Source of the DNA: Lingula anatina
Taxonomy: Eukaryota > Animalia > Brachiopoda
Assembly (NCBI GenBank): GCA_051362555.1
Contig: CM120646.1
Location: forward strand, 2,232,001-2,296,000
DNA: 64,000 nt
Direction: 5' to 3'
Below are positions 50,365-62,538 of this stretch, piece after piece. Each line of letters opens with the position of its first letter. Positions within the stretch are counted from its first letter, which is position 1. A model generated the notes under the pieces. That model did no database searches. It saw only the letters and a program-made list of their open reading frames with translations, and was not told the origin of the DNA. A program made the position numbers and the translations under genes.

Positions 50365-53300
50365 ATGTCTTTGTCGCCGTGGGATTTAGGCGGAATCAGT
50401 TTTGATTTCAACGTTTATCGACCGCGTCGCCCAAGCTACCTCATTGCAACGCAGCGTCGGAGAAGTCTACGGGACCGCATAGGAAGGAATGAAGGAGACT
50501 CCATCTCAACCTCCTCAGAGATTGGAGCAGACTTGTTCGACGGCGCCAGTACGTACAAGCAGCAGAAACGAAAAAACAGTTACAGGCGAGCTACACGCAA
50601 TTCAAATTCAGATATTGAATTGGACGCCATGCCGGAAACGAGGAATGCTACTCCACAAATGCTCAGCCCGAACAGTCCCAAAAATGAAGGGGCATTTTTT
50701 GAGGAGACTCCCTTGCCCCCTCCCCCACCTCCACCTCCCCCGACCCGCGTGTCGTCAATACCCCAGGCTCCAGCCCCTAAACCGAACCATAAAAAGCCTT
50801 CGAGCCTTAAGAATAAAAACACGTCACACAGGATATTTGGGAGCACGGACATTCGCATTGAGGTCACCCCACCTGTCAATCACCTGTCAAGCCCGCCCCA
50901 TTCTCCTCCCCCTCCTCTTACGTCAGAGATAGACCAAAGTGTCCTGGAAGCCTTCCAAAAAGTGATCGACGAACACGTGACAATTACCCGAAGAAATGTC
51001 GGGGAGAGAGGGGAGGAGGAAGGGGTGCAGAGTTCAAGCGAGGACATGGATGAGACATATTTGTTCAGATCGAATTGGGTATACAAACGGAACCTCATTG
51101 TGATTTGCCTGTCGTTCATTTTTGTGTTCTCTGCGTTTCGGGCCATTCAAAACTTGGAATCCAGCCTGAACTCTGTCGGCAGCCTTGGCACCATAACCAT
51201 GGCTTGCGTGCACGGAGGCATGGTGTTAACTTGTCTGTTTACTCCCATGGTGATCAACAAAATAGCGGCCAAGTGGGCCATCGCTCTGGGTATCGTATGC
51301 CACTTAATATGGGCAATTGCTAACATATTTCCACACTTTGCCACTCTTATTCCCACCTCCATCCTTCTGGGCTTCGGCCAAAACATGGCATGGAGCGGAC
51401 AAGTGACCTACATTTCCAAACTGGCCGTGGACTATGCCAACTCTTTGCAGGAGATATCAGACCAGGAGATATACAGATTCAACGGGATATTCCTAGGGTG
51501 CTTTCAGACCACCCACATATGGGGAAATTTAGTGAGTTCTTTGTTGTTGCATAGCAAAGAGACGCCGACAGGGGGAAATGGAACTGAAACTGGTAGCTAT
51601 ATTGATGAACACTGTGGAATATTTGACACATGTGATAACGTCGCCAGCGCTATCTGGAATGCAGCCAGATCAGGTAAGTCCCATGTTCTAACTCTGTCAG
51701 TACACCTAAGTGGAACCAATAATATTACGAATACGGTACCAATATGGATTCAATTTGTTACCAATACGGTACCAATATAGATTCAATTTGTTACCAATAT
51801 GGTACCAATATGGATTCAATTTGTTACCAATACGGTACCAATATGGATTCAATTTGTTACCAATACGGCACCAATATGGATTCAGTTTGTTACCAGTACG
51901 GTACCAATATGGATTCAGTTTGTTACCAATACGGTACCAATATGGATTCAATTTGTTACCAATACGGTACCAATATGGATTCCATATATATATTACCAAT
52001 ATGGTACCAATATGGAGTCAATAAGTTACCTATACGCTTTACCGATAGGCCCAAGCCGGGTTTCATTGATCACACCTTTGCCAGTCTGTTTAGCTCTCCC
52101 TACTGGGCTGGCATATTGATAGTTTTAAAATCACTGTTAAAATATCCTATAGGGGGCCCTAGTGGAACTCATGGTAGAATTTCAGCCAATGAAAGCTTAG
52201 CTAGCCCATGAATTGAACATTTGGGGCCCAACTTGGGCATGCGCAATGGGTAATCAGTGATTATCCATGACTGCTAACTTTTAAGTCCAAAACGTAAAAG
52301 ATGTCGTTGACATTTTAAATGTAAGTTACAAATTAAAGCCTAGTCTAGATATGAGGGCGGTTGCCTGTCATTATCGACATGTAATGGTGTCTTTTATCTG
52401 AGTAAGTGTTATACTATAAACTTATAACTGAGGTAACTGCTCTTAACATTACTAAAACAAAATGATCCATTTGTCACTAAAATCAAACAATTTACTAAAA
52501 TACCCATTTCTGCAAGAAGCTAGAAGATTTAAAAGGAAATAAAGTAATATATATGGAGAGATAAATATTAAAAATGAATCACCATCGTAACAGAAATAGT
52601 AATCAGTAGTCATAGTATTTATCATTAATTAATATGTACCTAATGATATAACGATTAAGTTCATCACACTTTTTAATGGCCGTTTTTTATTGGGGAGGGG
52701 GGGGGGAGCATTTGTTCATATTGAACAACCCACAATAAACAAGTAGCCAACGTTTGGCGTATTCCAATGCACCAACATGTGGCCGTCAACTTAATTTCAT
52801 GGTATGCGCAAAGTACCTTGTAACCTTACCTTTTTTTGTGATATGCTTTCTTTACTAACATAGACTCTTACGTAATGTCGAGCATCGAACGCATAATTGG
52901 ATTTTCACAGAAATATTGGGAAATTAACTGCAATTAGTCTGCGTCTGTCTGGCGTGAACGTAATAACGACACCAGTGCCTTGGCTGATTGATACTAAAAA
53001 CACTCAAATTACAACTTCACAGAATGCAGTCATAGTATATGAAACGGGAATGGACTCACTAATATCACGTCAAGCAACACCTGGCGTAAACGTCCAAAAA
53101 ATCTAAACCAAGGTAGTCTAGCAAGTAACTCAAAATGTATGCTGAGAATTCTGATAAGACGTGGTACAAAGTTTGTTATCAGTACAACATCGTTGTTTCA
53201 AGTCCAGCCGACTGATCTGCGAACTGTTTTATCTAACTTTTCCTGTCACTTGGGGCAGTATAGTTCGAAGAGAATAAACAAATTGAAATTATCGGTAAAT

Positions 53301-53607
53301 TGTTTCTACTTGGAAATTTAGGATTACCTTGTTTTCCTGGGAAATTTAGCTAATGGATATTCCTTGAAACAGCTAGGTGACAATGGTTTCTGGTTAAAAT
53401 GACCTCGCTAAGCAGATCTCTCTCAGTATAAAATTAAGACTTCGTAGAACCTTAATGACAAGATACTTTGTTTTACATGAAACAACACTTGAGTTATTTG
53501 TTAAATGTGAATTACAGGGTGCCTTTTGTATTCTCATTTTTGTTTTAGGAAAGAGTGTGTGGTGTGCGGGAGAAGGAGAGTCGCAAAGTGTGTGTGTGCA
53601 TGTGCGT

Positions 53608-53681
<74 letters not shown>

Positions 53682-55467
53682 ATGGATGAACCAGGGACTG
53701 GATCACCAAACAAGAGGCTTAAACTCCAAAACCGGAAATTCGTTGAATCCATTGATAATTTGGCGAACCTTTCTAAGTACTAAAATCGGGGCATAAGTAA
53801 GTTCAGCACCTGTGCTGTGTTTCATGGGACCATTAGGGACGAAGAAAGCCAAGATATGGAGTTACTCGGTGCACATATAATTTGAAGTGTACTGTTTGTA
53901 AAAGATGCAAAATGTCAGAATTATCAATAGAATCAATGTGTTGTTTGTCTTGGGAGTCAAGCGCCCTTTTCCTATAAGCTCCCAACACTTGGGACGTTCC
54001 ACAAAAATGTAAACCCTTTTGGTCGTTGACGCACATTTTGTGTAACATGTGCCTAATTCGGACTTGCCACATTATTTTCACTGTTTTGGGGGTACCGGCC
54101 GATATGGAAAGAAACCCACAGTATTTGTGCAGTGATATAAAAGAGCAAATATTACACAAAATGAATTCGAAACTGACACAACACAAACGTCCTCATTTTA
54201 TGGAATGACCCAACTGCCTATGCCAACTGAGTACCATAAAGTGTAAAACAGTGCCCGTATAGGGAGTTCATCTTTCTGAAGACAGCACGTGGGGGCTTCT
54301 CTGAAGCACATTATTCTTATTAGATTGTAAAGGAGATAATTTGGATATGTTTACTCTCTGTTTCGCAGAGCGAGGTCTACCCACGAACGGAAATTAATCA
54401 AATACGTTCCACCAGACGACCCCAATATCATTAACTCGAAAAAAATATCTCGGGCATATTTTATTGGGCCTATCTTTATAAAGGTGATTGAAATGTTCAA
54501 ATTGGGTCGATAGGCGACGCGTATGGAGCTTCTCACATTTTTTATGAGTATTTGCCTTAGCAGCCTTTGTTCTATATCATATATGTTCCCCTGCGAGACA
54601 GCAGTCTTGAACATATCCTTTAGATTTCTAACCTCATGTGGGTTCACAAAAACGAGGCCTCAAGTTAATGCAGCGCAACCCAGTTCTTGACTCCGTTTAC
54701 TCCTTGTATGCTAACAGAAATGACTATATACTATTTGCCAAAGCTATTTGTGAGGAGTTCGAATACGCGAAAACAAAATTAAGTGGCTGGAGTGGGGTGA
54801 AAATCTTGGATCAAGGGCTAAGCCTTTCTCACGTGTAAGGACTCCATTAACAGGAATTTCAAACCTAAATGTAACCACTGGTGTCAGCTGCGATGTCAGA
54901 TTTAATAAAATTATATCTGATGTTAGCACCTCCTTGACTTTCAAGATATGTGATTGAAAAAAGAAATGCCATTTTGGTAACAGTGGTTGCAGGAGGGGGA
55001 GCGGGTTAGTGACTTGTACCTGAGAAAATAGTGTATATGGTTAGTTGGAAATTCCGTTGGTGATGGTCTCGTGAACTCCAGAAAATATGGTGGACCGAAA
55101 GATTATAATAAGCAGGGGTGATATGAAGCAAAAACACAACAGGAATGAAGACATACACACGTGGGAACAAGATCGACAAGAAAGGTCCATATAAAAAGCA
55201 CCGGGGCTTTCGATCTCATCTTGTCCATATTAAACGGATAGTCAGTAGTAGTTCAAACAGTTGAATCAGTTCAGCCTGTTTCACAAAAAGCAAATGAGGT
55301 GTTGAAATTCCAGACCGAAGATAATTCCATCTTAGTATACCAGCTTCGTATTGATCCATCCTGTCAAAAAGCAGGCTAAGACTTTGTGTGGAACAAATTA
55401 TCATACATGTGTGTTGACATATATAATATCGTTCTGTAGAGACCTCACAAAAAACAAAAAACATTGA

Positions 55468-55499
<32 letters not shown>

Positions 55500-58400
55500 A
55501 TAATTCCATTCCTTCGATGCAGTAGTTTTAACAGAATTGGTGGTTATCAGTTCCAAGTGAAGCTCTGTCACAGACACAAAGCTTTATGAACAGAGTACAT
55601 ATCTAGGTTAACCATATCAAACTCCATCCTTAGACAGACAGGCAGACAGACAAAGAGCAGAGATTTTCTTTTTTAGCTTTTTTTTTTGTAGAGCTTTTTC
55701 ATTTCCCGCCAGAAAGCCACAGCAACCAGTTAGATGTGTGGAAAAAACTGATGAATGAATTGCCAGTTAGGCAAATATTGCAGTCAAAATTACGTCAATG
55801 TTGTCCTTATTTTCGTGGTGGCCGCATGCGTACATTTTCATCGCACGAGGTTGACGTCATTCTTATTAGATAGCAGTATAAGATATTAAAATGGATAAAA
55901 TTATCATTATTATTATGTGTCTGCTATTGGTTATTTTGGGGTCCAGTAAGAGAAATGTCGACTTTATAGTCCATAACGGTAAATATTTATCGACATATAA
56001 TTTGGGAAATTTAACATTTGGCACTATATTTTATACGACATGGTTTAGTTTATTTACCATATATTAATTCTGCCTCCTACAAACATAGATGGAAATTGAC
56101 ACTTGTCTGCGGTTCTTGTCACTTTCTGGACTGACTAGTTAAAGCTGCACATTGGCCAGTAGAACTGTACATGTTTATTGTTCTTAGAGCAATTTGCAAA
56201 ACGTAATGTACAGTTGATATCTACCCTGTACTTAGATAATAATAAAATAAAGCTTTAATAGTAGATTGAATTGCAGATTATACTGCGCTATTAATTTTAA
56301 TTCTCAAATGTTACCGTCAGAATTACTCATGCGCCAAATATGCGCAGATCGGAAAATGCGAAGTAGAAGACCTTACTTAGATATCGTTTCGCGGTTTAAG
56401 CGTTGGATTTTTTTGCTCCATTTTTCACTACAAATCTGTTCCCGGTGTAACGTGACAGAGTCCCCCATGAAACAGAGTCCGCTTCCCATTCCTTTGCACA
56501 GTTAAGCGTCGCCCTAGATTTTGACCCCTTAGGTCAGACTAACCCTAACCATTATAACTATATTGAGGGCGGACTTTCATTTACGCGGACCCTCATAGGG
56601 TATCAATTTCGTTACACCGGCCAATAACACACATACAGTTAATTTGTCTCACTTAAGCTTGGCAACTGTTGTGGTATATATTTGAATGTCCATTCTCTCT
56701 TAAAGTATGCAGTATCAAGATCGCCGCCACATGGAGTAGGCGGCATCCTCAAATCACATAACAACATGCAATACAAAGATTTAGTAGATGATAGATAAAA
56801 TTAATCACAAGTTAGGCTATTTCGTTCAGTATGAAAGAGGCCAGTGTGTCCTTGTAAATTTCCTCGTTTGCGTTTCACCCATTGGAGATGGGTTTCTACT
56901 CAGAGATATTCATCTCGGTCATGATAACGGAGCTACTGTATAAGACCACATGCGAATAAGCTTCAGTTCATTTGTAACTGATTTATTGTCATATTAATAC
57001 CGTGTTTTGCACGTAGTGAAATGGAGTGGAGGATGGGCATTTAAGGGCCAGGGGGGATTGGTGTGGAGGAGCAGGCGAGCGTCGGTTTATATGAATTATC
57101 AAGGACCGCTTTCAGTTCCAGGCAGAGCAATTCCAGAGGAACATATTCTGGAGACATTGCATATGAGTTTTTAAGGTTGAAGACATAATTGTATTCATAT
57201 AAGAGCTCCGTTATTGATCTGCGTGTATTCCCTATAGCTTGCCACTAAGCGGTACCTTGATATGGCTACGTGCTGAATCATCACTCTTTCAGGACGCCTT
57301 TTCTTCCGGACAACTTGATGGGCCCTCTGCATAATCAGTCGAAGCACTTAAAACGGAAATTTTAGGAAATTCTGTCAGAAAAATAGTTTCCCCTCTCAAA
57401 CAGACTGCTTAATTACGCCGTACTGATGAAGTATTTATCAACTCAACCCATAGTTAGCCATCTTTAACTTGTATTCTTTCGTAGTCGAGAGGCGAAGCAA
57501 TGCAATTCATGGACATTCATTTCCATCAGGCTTATCTACTGGAAAAGGCTGTTTTTCAGCATAGTGTTTTCTGCCTGCTTCTCGATGTTATATTTATTTA
57601 CATAAATCATTTTTATCACAACTTTGATTTTATGTCCGTTACCGCAACTAAAAAAAAAAAAAAAAATTGTATACACAGTAAATTCGCTGTGAAATATAAA
57701 TAAGTAAATAAGGATCCACATACATAAAATTATTTGATTTCACATATAAGCAATATAGAATATTATGTAAAATCAATAAAGATACACGCTCACACTGTTT
57801 TAATAAAAAAGCATATATATTTTATATGATATTTTTTTCACTATTTAAGGTCACTTATTACAACTTCTACAGAAAAGTAAGCATATTGTCCTGCCAGCCT
57901 TCCTGCCCTTGCAGAGATTTAATTATCTATTTTTTTTAAACGATTTGCTGAAGAAGACACCATATTAAGGGCTATTGCAATAGTGTAAGAGCATTAAGCC
58001 TTAAGCATTAAACCGTAAATTGGTGAGGTACTGACTACCTTATCTTGAACAAAATCTTTTCGTTATTTTTATTGTATTTGTAAAACTTAACACATATTGT
58101 CTTTTCTATTTCAAAAGAACGATGTGTTAAAAAAGACAATACTTATTGTGTACCATGTGCATAATATCGTATCAGTCTAGTTCAAATACATAAAGCAAGT
58201 AGCAGGCGTGAATTCACGTGACTTTACTTGAGAAAGACTCAAACGCGCGCACTGTAAATATGCGTGCGTTACTACAACCGCATTTTGGAGCTTTAAATGA
58301 TATCTATTCTCTGTCTTTTTCAGAGGTGCAATGGGCACAAAGTACGATTGTCACGCTGATGGTGATATTTGCGTCATTGACGTTTGTGGGGTTGACACTC

Positions 58401-59094
58401 GTTGTGTTATTTCTTAGTAAGATCAGTGCAAGGATGGAGCACCAGGAAAGCTTGAAAGAGGTCGGTAACACTCTCATTTGATTTTAAAAACATCAGACCC
58501 CACTAACATAACGCCCTTTTAGTGTATTTGTAGATCCTTTGATTACGCAATAGATTTATATTTGTCTTACGTGTATATTTCATCCCCCTTTTTTCTCTCT
58601 GCAATATGGTTTACATATATACAATGTATAACACGCATATTAACCAGTATTCAATGAGTGCCAGGTGGTTCTACTATAGAACTGTTGGGTATATTTACAG
58701 CAACGTTTCCAATGGGAAATGATATAAAAGATAAATGGAATGCGTCACTTTATTAAAGCATGTCAGTATTGATCTCGATAATATGACAAGCCACTTACGG
58801 AAAAGTCTAAGGATATAAATTAAAGACTTCACAATTCTGACAGTTGAAGAGAGACGGGCGAAATATAATCCACTGGTGCATCTAAGATAATCAGAACGAG
58901 GAAAAGAGGATCAAATTTCTGACCGGCGAGTTTTTACCCCAAAAACTTTCGTTATGCACCCGGAAATGTATCGTGTCTTACTTGGGGAAGGTAAGGGGGT
59001 GGGAAAACATCTCAAGGATTTTATTTGAAGCGCTGGAAGAAGGAGCTCTGGATGCTCCGTGGTGTCAGTCTCTTACTCTCATATCAATAGGATC

Positions 59095-59125
<31 letters not shown>

Positions 59126-60626
59126 CTTTCTTTCTTTCTTTCTCAGTTTGTAGTAAACGTATCAAACTGTACTTGCAGGTGGTCCGACAGAGTTTTACCC
59201 ACATGTTTCACCATAAAACCTTCCGTCTTCTGATACCGTTGCTCATTTTTAACGGCTTCGAACAAGGGTTCGTTTACGCCGATTTTACAAAGGTAGGTAC
59301 ACCTAAGATTAAGAATTCACTGAAACTGAAACCGTTATGGAATTAAGCAGTTTGGAAAGGAGACGTGTATTTGGATGTTCAGGTCGTAAAACATGTTCTG
59401 CGCCAGTTCGTCCAAATCGATCAGTGCGCAAACACTGGTGAATTTGAAAAATTGTCAAAAATCCTGCAATAAAGAGGATCGTTAGTATTTAGGTCTATTT
59501 TGCTTATAATTTAAAAGAATCCCCATAGGGATTTCTGTGCAAACTTTTCTACCAAAGGATGTTTGGAAAATCTCACTTTGATATTCTTTTTGGTGAATGC
59601 TTTTTACCGTTCTCTTCTAGTCATTTATCGCTTGCAAATTGGGCTCCAAATACATCGGCTACTGTATGATTACACTGGGTGTAGCCAACTGCGGGAGCTC
59701 AATATTCGTCGCCATGTTGGCGAAGAAGATCCAGCGAGAGGTCATCATCGGAGTCGGGGGCATTGTCCATATCGCTCTGATGGTTCTGCTGATTATGTGG
59801 ATGCCCAGCGAAGAGGAAGTGGCAGTGTTCTTCATTGTGGCTGCGTTTTGGGGGGTTTGTGATGCGGTGTGGCAGACGCAATGCAATAGTAAGTAAATAC
59901 TAGGCTTATACCATTAAGGTGCGCTTACAGTCCTGACATTACACCCAAGTTACACCGCGTAATTTCAACAGATTATTTGAGAACGGTCATAATATATCCC
60001 ACTGCTTGTTCAGGCACGCGACTTGTCATATGAGACTGCCTTAGATTGCTTCCCATACCCAGCTATCGCATTCACAATATCAGCAGTAGTATATAGAAAT
60101 ATAGAATATCTTATAGATACCGCCTATTAAAGTATTAAACAACCGAAAGAGTTTTTTTTATTATTTAGTGTTTCGACCAAAGTAATACTTGTTGTTCTTT
60201 TCAAATATATTCTAGATTTTTAAAGCAAAAATAAACTGCTAGTCAGGGTGAAAGCAACATAGGAATGAGAATTTGACGATAAAACTCTTACATATGAATA
60301 GTAACGTTATTTATTTTTCCTTTACAGCTCTTATTGCCATAAGTTGTCCCAACGAACACGAAGTGGCCTTTGCGAACTTTCGACTGTTGCAGGGTTTTGG
60401 CGCCGCGATGGCGTTCGGCCTGGGCGCCGTGGCGTGTGCCTCTGTGAAACTGTACATTATCATGAGTCTCCTCACCTTCGCTATAATGTGCTACGTTCTG
60501 GCTGAGTACAACATGCGACAGGAAGGACCGACAGACGTACTGGCCAACCCCCAAAACGCCAACGAGGCCAGCACGTCCAGCAGGTCGACTGCAATATCCA
60601 CCACCGGAGTGAAAGCGCCGACCTGA
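50365..60626 (+). CDS. UNC-93-like (UNC93A family) MFS membrane protein, about 708 aa
   Basis: Exons: 50365-51673, 58324-58460, 59179-59292, 59621-59888, 60328-60626; 2127 nt, GT-AG, frame continuous. UNC-93 motifs: RNLIVICLSFIFVFSAFRAIQNLESSLN, LIPTSILLGFG..MAWSGQVTYI, RFNGIF..CFQTTHIWGNLVSSLLL, LLIPLLIFNGFEQGFVYADFTKSFIAC, AAFWGVCDAVWQTQCN, EVAFANFRLLQGFG. Confidence 0.93.
51730..52030 (+). repeat. 33-bp minisatellite, about 9 copies, in UNC-93-like intron 1
   Basis: Unit aatacggtaccaatatggattcaatttgttacc at 51730, 51763, 51796, 51829, 51862, 51895, 51928, 51961 and about 51998. Confidence 0.95.
53588..53678. repeat. (GT)n(GA)n compound microsatellite
   Basis: Directly visible. Confidence 0.95.
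55468..55499. repeat. (CTA)n microsatellite
   Basis: Directly visible. Confidence 0.9.
56446..56616. mobile_element. non-autonomous DNA transposon, Ginger1-like (TGT...ACA ends, CCGG TSD)
   Basis: ccgg|tgtaacg ... cgttaca|ccgg; a related copy starts at 62406. Confidence 0.7.
59097..59143. repeat. (CTTT)n microsatellite
   Basis: Directly visible. Confidence 0.9.
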
Positions 60627-60713
60627 AAGAACGCGTACTAACCTCCGTGGCCAAGGCGACCTTTAAATTGTTATTGGTTTTGACCCAATGAATAAGATAA
60701 AAAGATATGAGAA

Positions 60714-61010
60714 ACCGGATCGATATAGAGGCACCATTTACCAGTAACCGGATTGTTGTAGTGGCACCAAACTCCTGAAACCGGATTGCTGTAAAGACGA
60801 CAGTCACCTGTTACCGGATTGTTTTAGAGACACCAGGCAGCGATCGCTTTGGCTGGATTGTTGTAAAGACACCAGTCAACACTTACCGGATTGTTGTAGG
60901 GACACCAGTCAACACTTGCCGGATTGTTGAGGATACACAAGTCAACACTTACCGGATTGTTCTGGAAACATCAGTCAGCGGTGACTGGATTGTCGTAGAG
61001 GCACCAGTGA
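60714..61010 (+). repeat. diverged 33-bp tandem array (9 units) downstream of the UNC-93-like stop
   Basis: Core (a)ccggattgttgtagagacacca. Anchor triplets at 60716, 60749, 60782, 60815, 60854, 60887, 60920, 60953, 60986 (one 39-bp unit). Confidence 0.9.
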
Positions 61011-62405
61011 AGCGATGAACTGTGAGGGATAATAATGTGTTAGTTGAGACGACGTCGTACATCTGCCGGGAGAGAATGTATTGTTAGGAGTCTTAGTTGC
61101 ACCGCATTATGCCATGTTCCCCTGGTTGGTTTTGTTGATTACTTGGTGATAAGGATGGGGAATCAGTCTTTCAAGGCACAGTGATCACTTTACGGCGGTA
61201 GTTTATTATGTTGTACGAGCTGAAGAGAAAGCGTTTCACTTCCGCAACACAAATGACATTGGTAATGTGGAGTGAAAGACATTGATATTGATATAGAAGA
61301 GCGTTGGAATAGTTTTCAGTGACATATTTAAATAAGTTACTTATTTCCATATTAACTGTTCGAAGAATACTCATTTTAACTACTGAGCTAATGGCAGTGA
61401 TGAGCAAAATTGATTGCGAGGGTTTTATATAAGTGGTCAGGACAGAGGAGACTTTTGCCAGTTTGTGTTGTACTTTGTCATAGCCAGGCTGATAATTGTA
61501 GTCTATCTCCAAATGTCTCCTTCTAGAATCACAAAATTCATTATCTTGTGCTCTGACTTTACCTTGTTGGGGAGTGATTTGTACAGTTTTGCCCACTCGT
61601 ATCGCGATCCTAAGAACTATCTGACAACTGTATGCTTATAAAGAACCCGGGTTGTACCACTGCCGTTACAATAGAAAACATAATGGCGCATAAATTCTTT
61701 CTTATAATTGAAAACGTGCTGCAGAGTTTTTAAAGGATTTAGCGCTAGTGTTTGTTGTATTTTATTAACTCGTCGTTGTACTTCATACTGCTTTTGAGTC
61801 TGTCCATCGGTTATTTTACGCAATTGAAATCAATGCACGTTAATGAGTTGTCCTTGGGTTGAAGGTTATATGTAGACTTTCAAAAGTTGAATTCTTGATT
61901 ACACGATTATTACAATCACTGCATTGAAGCGCGTTACAGTAGGAAAGGATAAACACTTGCAACAACCGACATTAAACCTTGTACTGTAGTAACTTGTACT
62001 CAGATGTGAATCTTTTTTATCACTGACGCTGAAATGTGTACATTTTTTACTATTGGTGTTTGTGAATTCTATTTCCAGTATCAGTTTATTGTACCTCTCT
62101 CTTATGCTAATTATATCACCTATGATTTACACATAAGTATTAAACACTGTTTTTTTTGGGAAAAAAACGCATATTGCGTCAAGGTGCCTAGATATTCGTT
62201 CAGTAAATATATGACCTAATAAAGCAACCATCATTACCTATGGTTAGTTATTGACCGATTATCGCATAATGGTAACGCGTTTAACCCATGTAAAAAGTTG
62301 AAGGTAACTACAGTTCCACGAGAGAAAAGAGGCTAGACAGCAAAACAGTGTATAATGTTCTGTATGACAGCACACGCAGCTTTGGCGCAGGTGGGTGGTA
62401 GCCGG

Positions 62406-62538
62406 TGTGACGTGACAGAGATCAATCCCCCATGATAGAGTGTCCTCCCATCCATTGAGTTTGGACCATTTAGGTCAGGTTATAATCCAAACTATTATAA
62501 TTAAATGGAGGGCGGACTTTCTGTTACACGGACCCTCA
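62406..62538. mobile_element. second, diverged and truncated copy of the Ginger1-like element
   Basis: ccgg|tgtgacgtgacagag...cccccatga...taggtcag...attataa...gagggcggactttc...cggaccctca, collinear with 56446-56616. Confidence 0.7.

Noticed and set aside
50489-51386. Overlapping and antisense ORFs within UNC-93-like exon 1 (likewise those over PSMD3 and CNBD exons)
   Set aside because: Shadow frames of GC-richer coding exons with no recognisable motifs or splice support.
51674-51780. ORF-track C-terminus of the 471-aa ORF (GKSHVLTL...VPI*)
   Set aside because: Read-through past a consensus donor (CAG|gtaagt at 51673/51674); the remaining UNC-93 helices are in downstream exons.
51730-52030. 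CRISPR-like regular repeat and its repetitive ORFs (IRYQYGFNLLP, MDSICYQYGTN)
   Set aside because: Units are head-to-tail with no unique spacers, there are no cas genes and the context is a eukaryotic intron; the ORFs arise because 33 is divisible by 3.
60624-60720. Stop-codon readthrough of the UNC-93-like CDS into the downstream array
   Set aside because: The CDS frame hits TAA four codons after the stop, and the array ORF is in another frame.
60714-61010. CRISPR interpretation of the conserved-core/variable-tail array
   Set aside because: Variable parts are only about 11 nt and clearly homologous to each other (gtcaacactt repeated), so it is a diverged tandem repeat.
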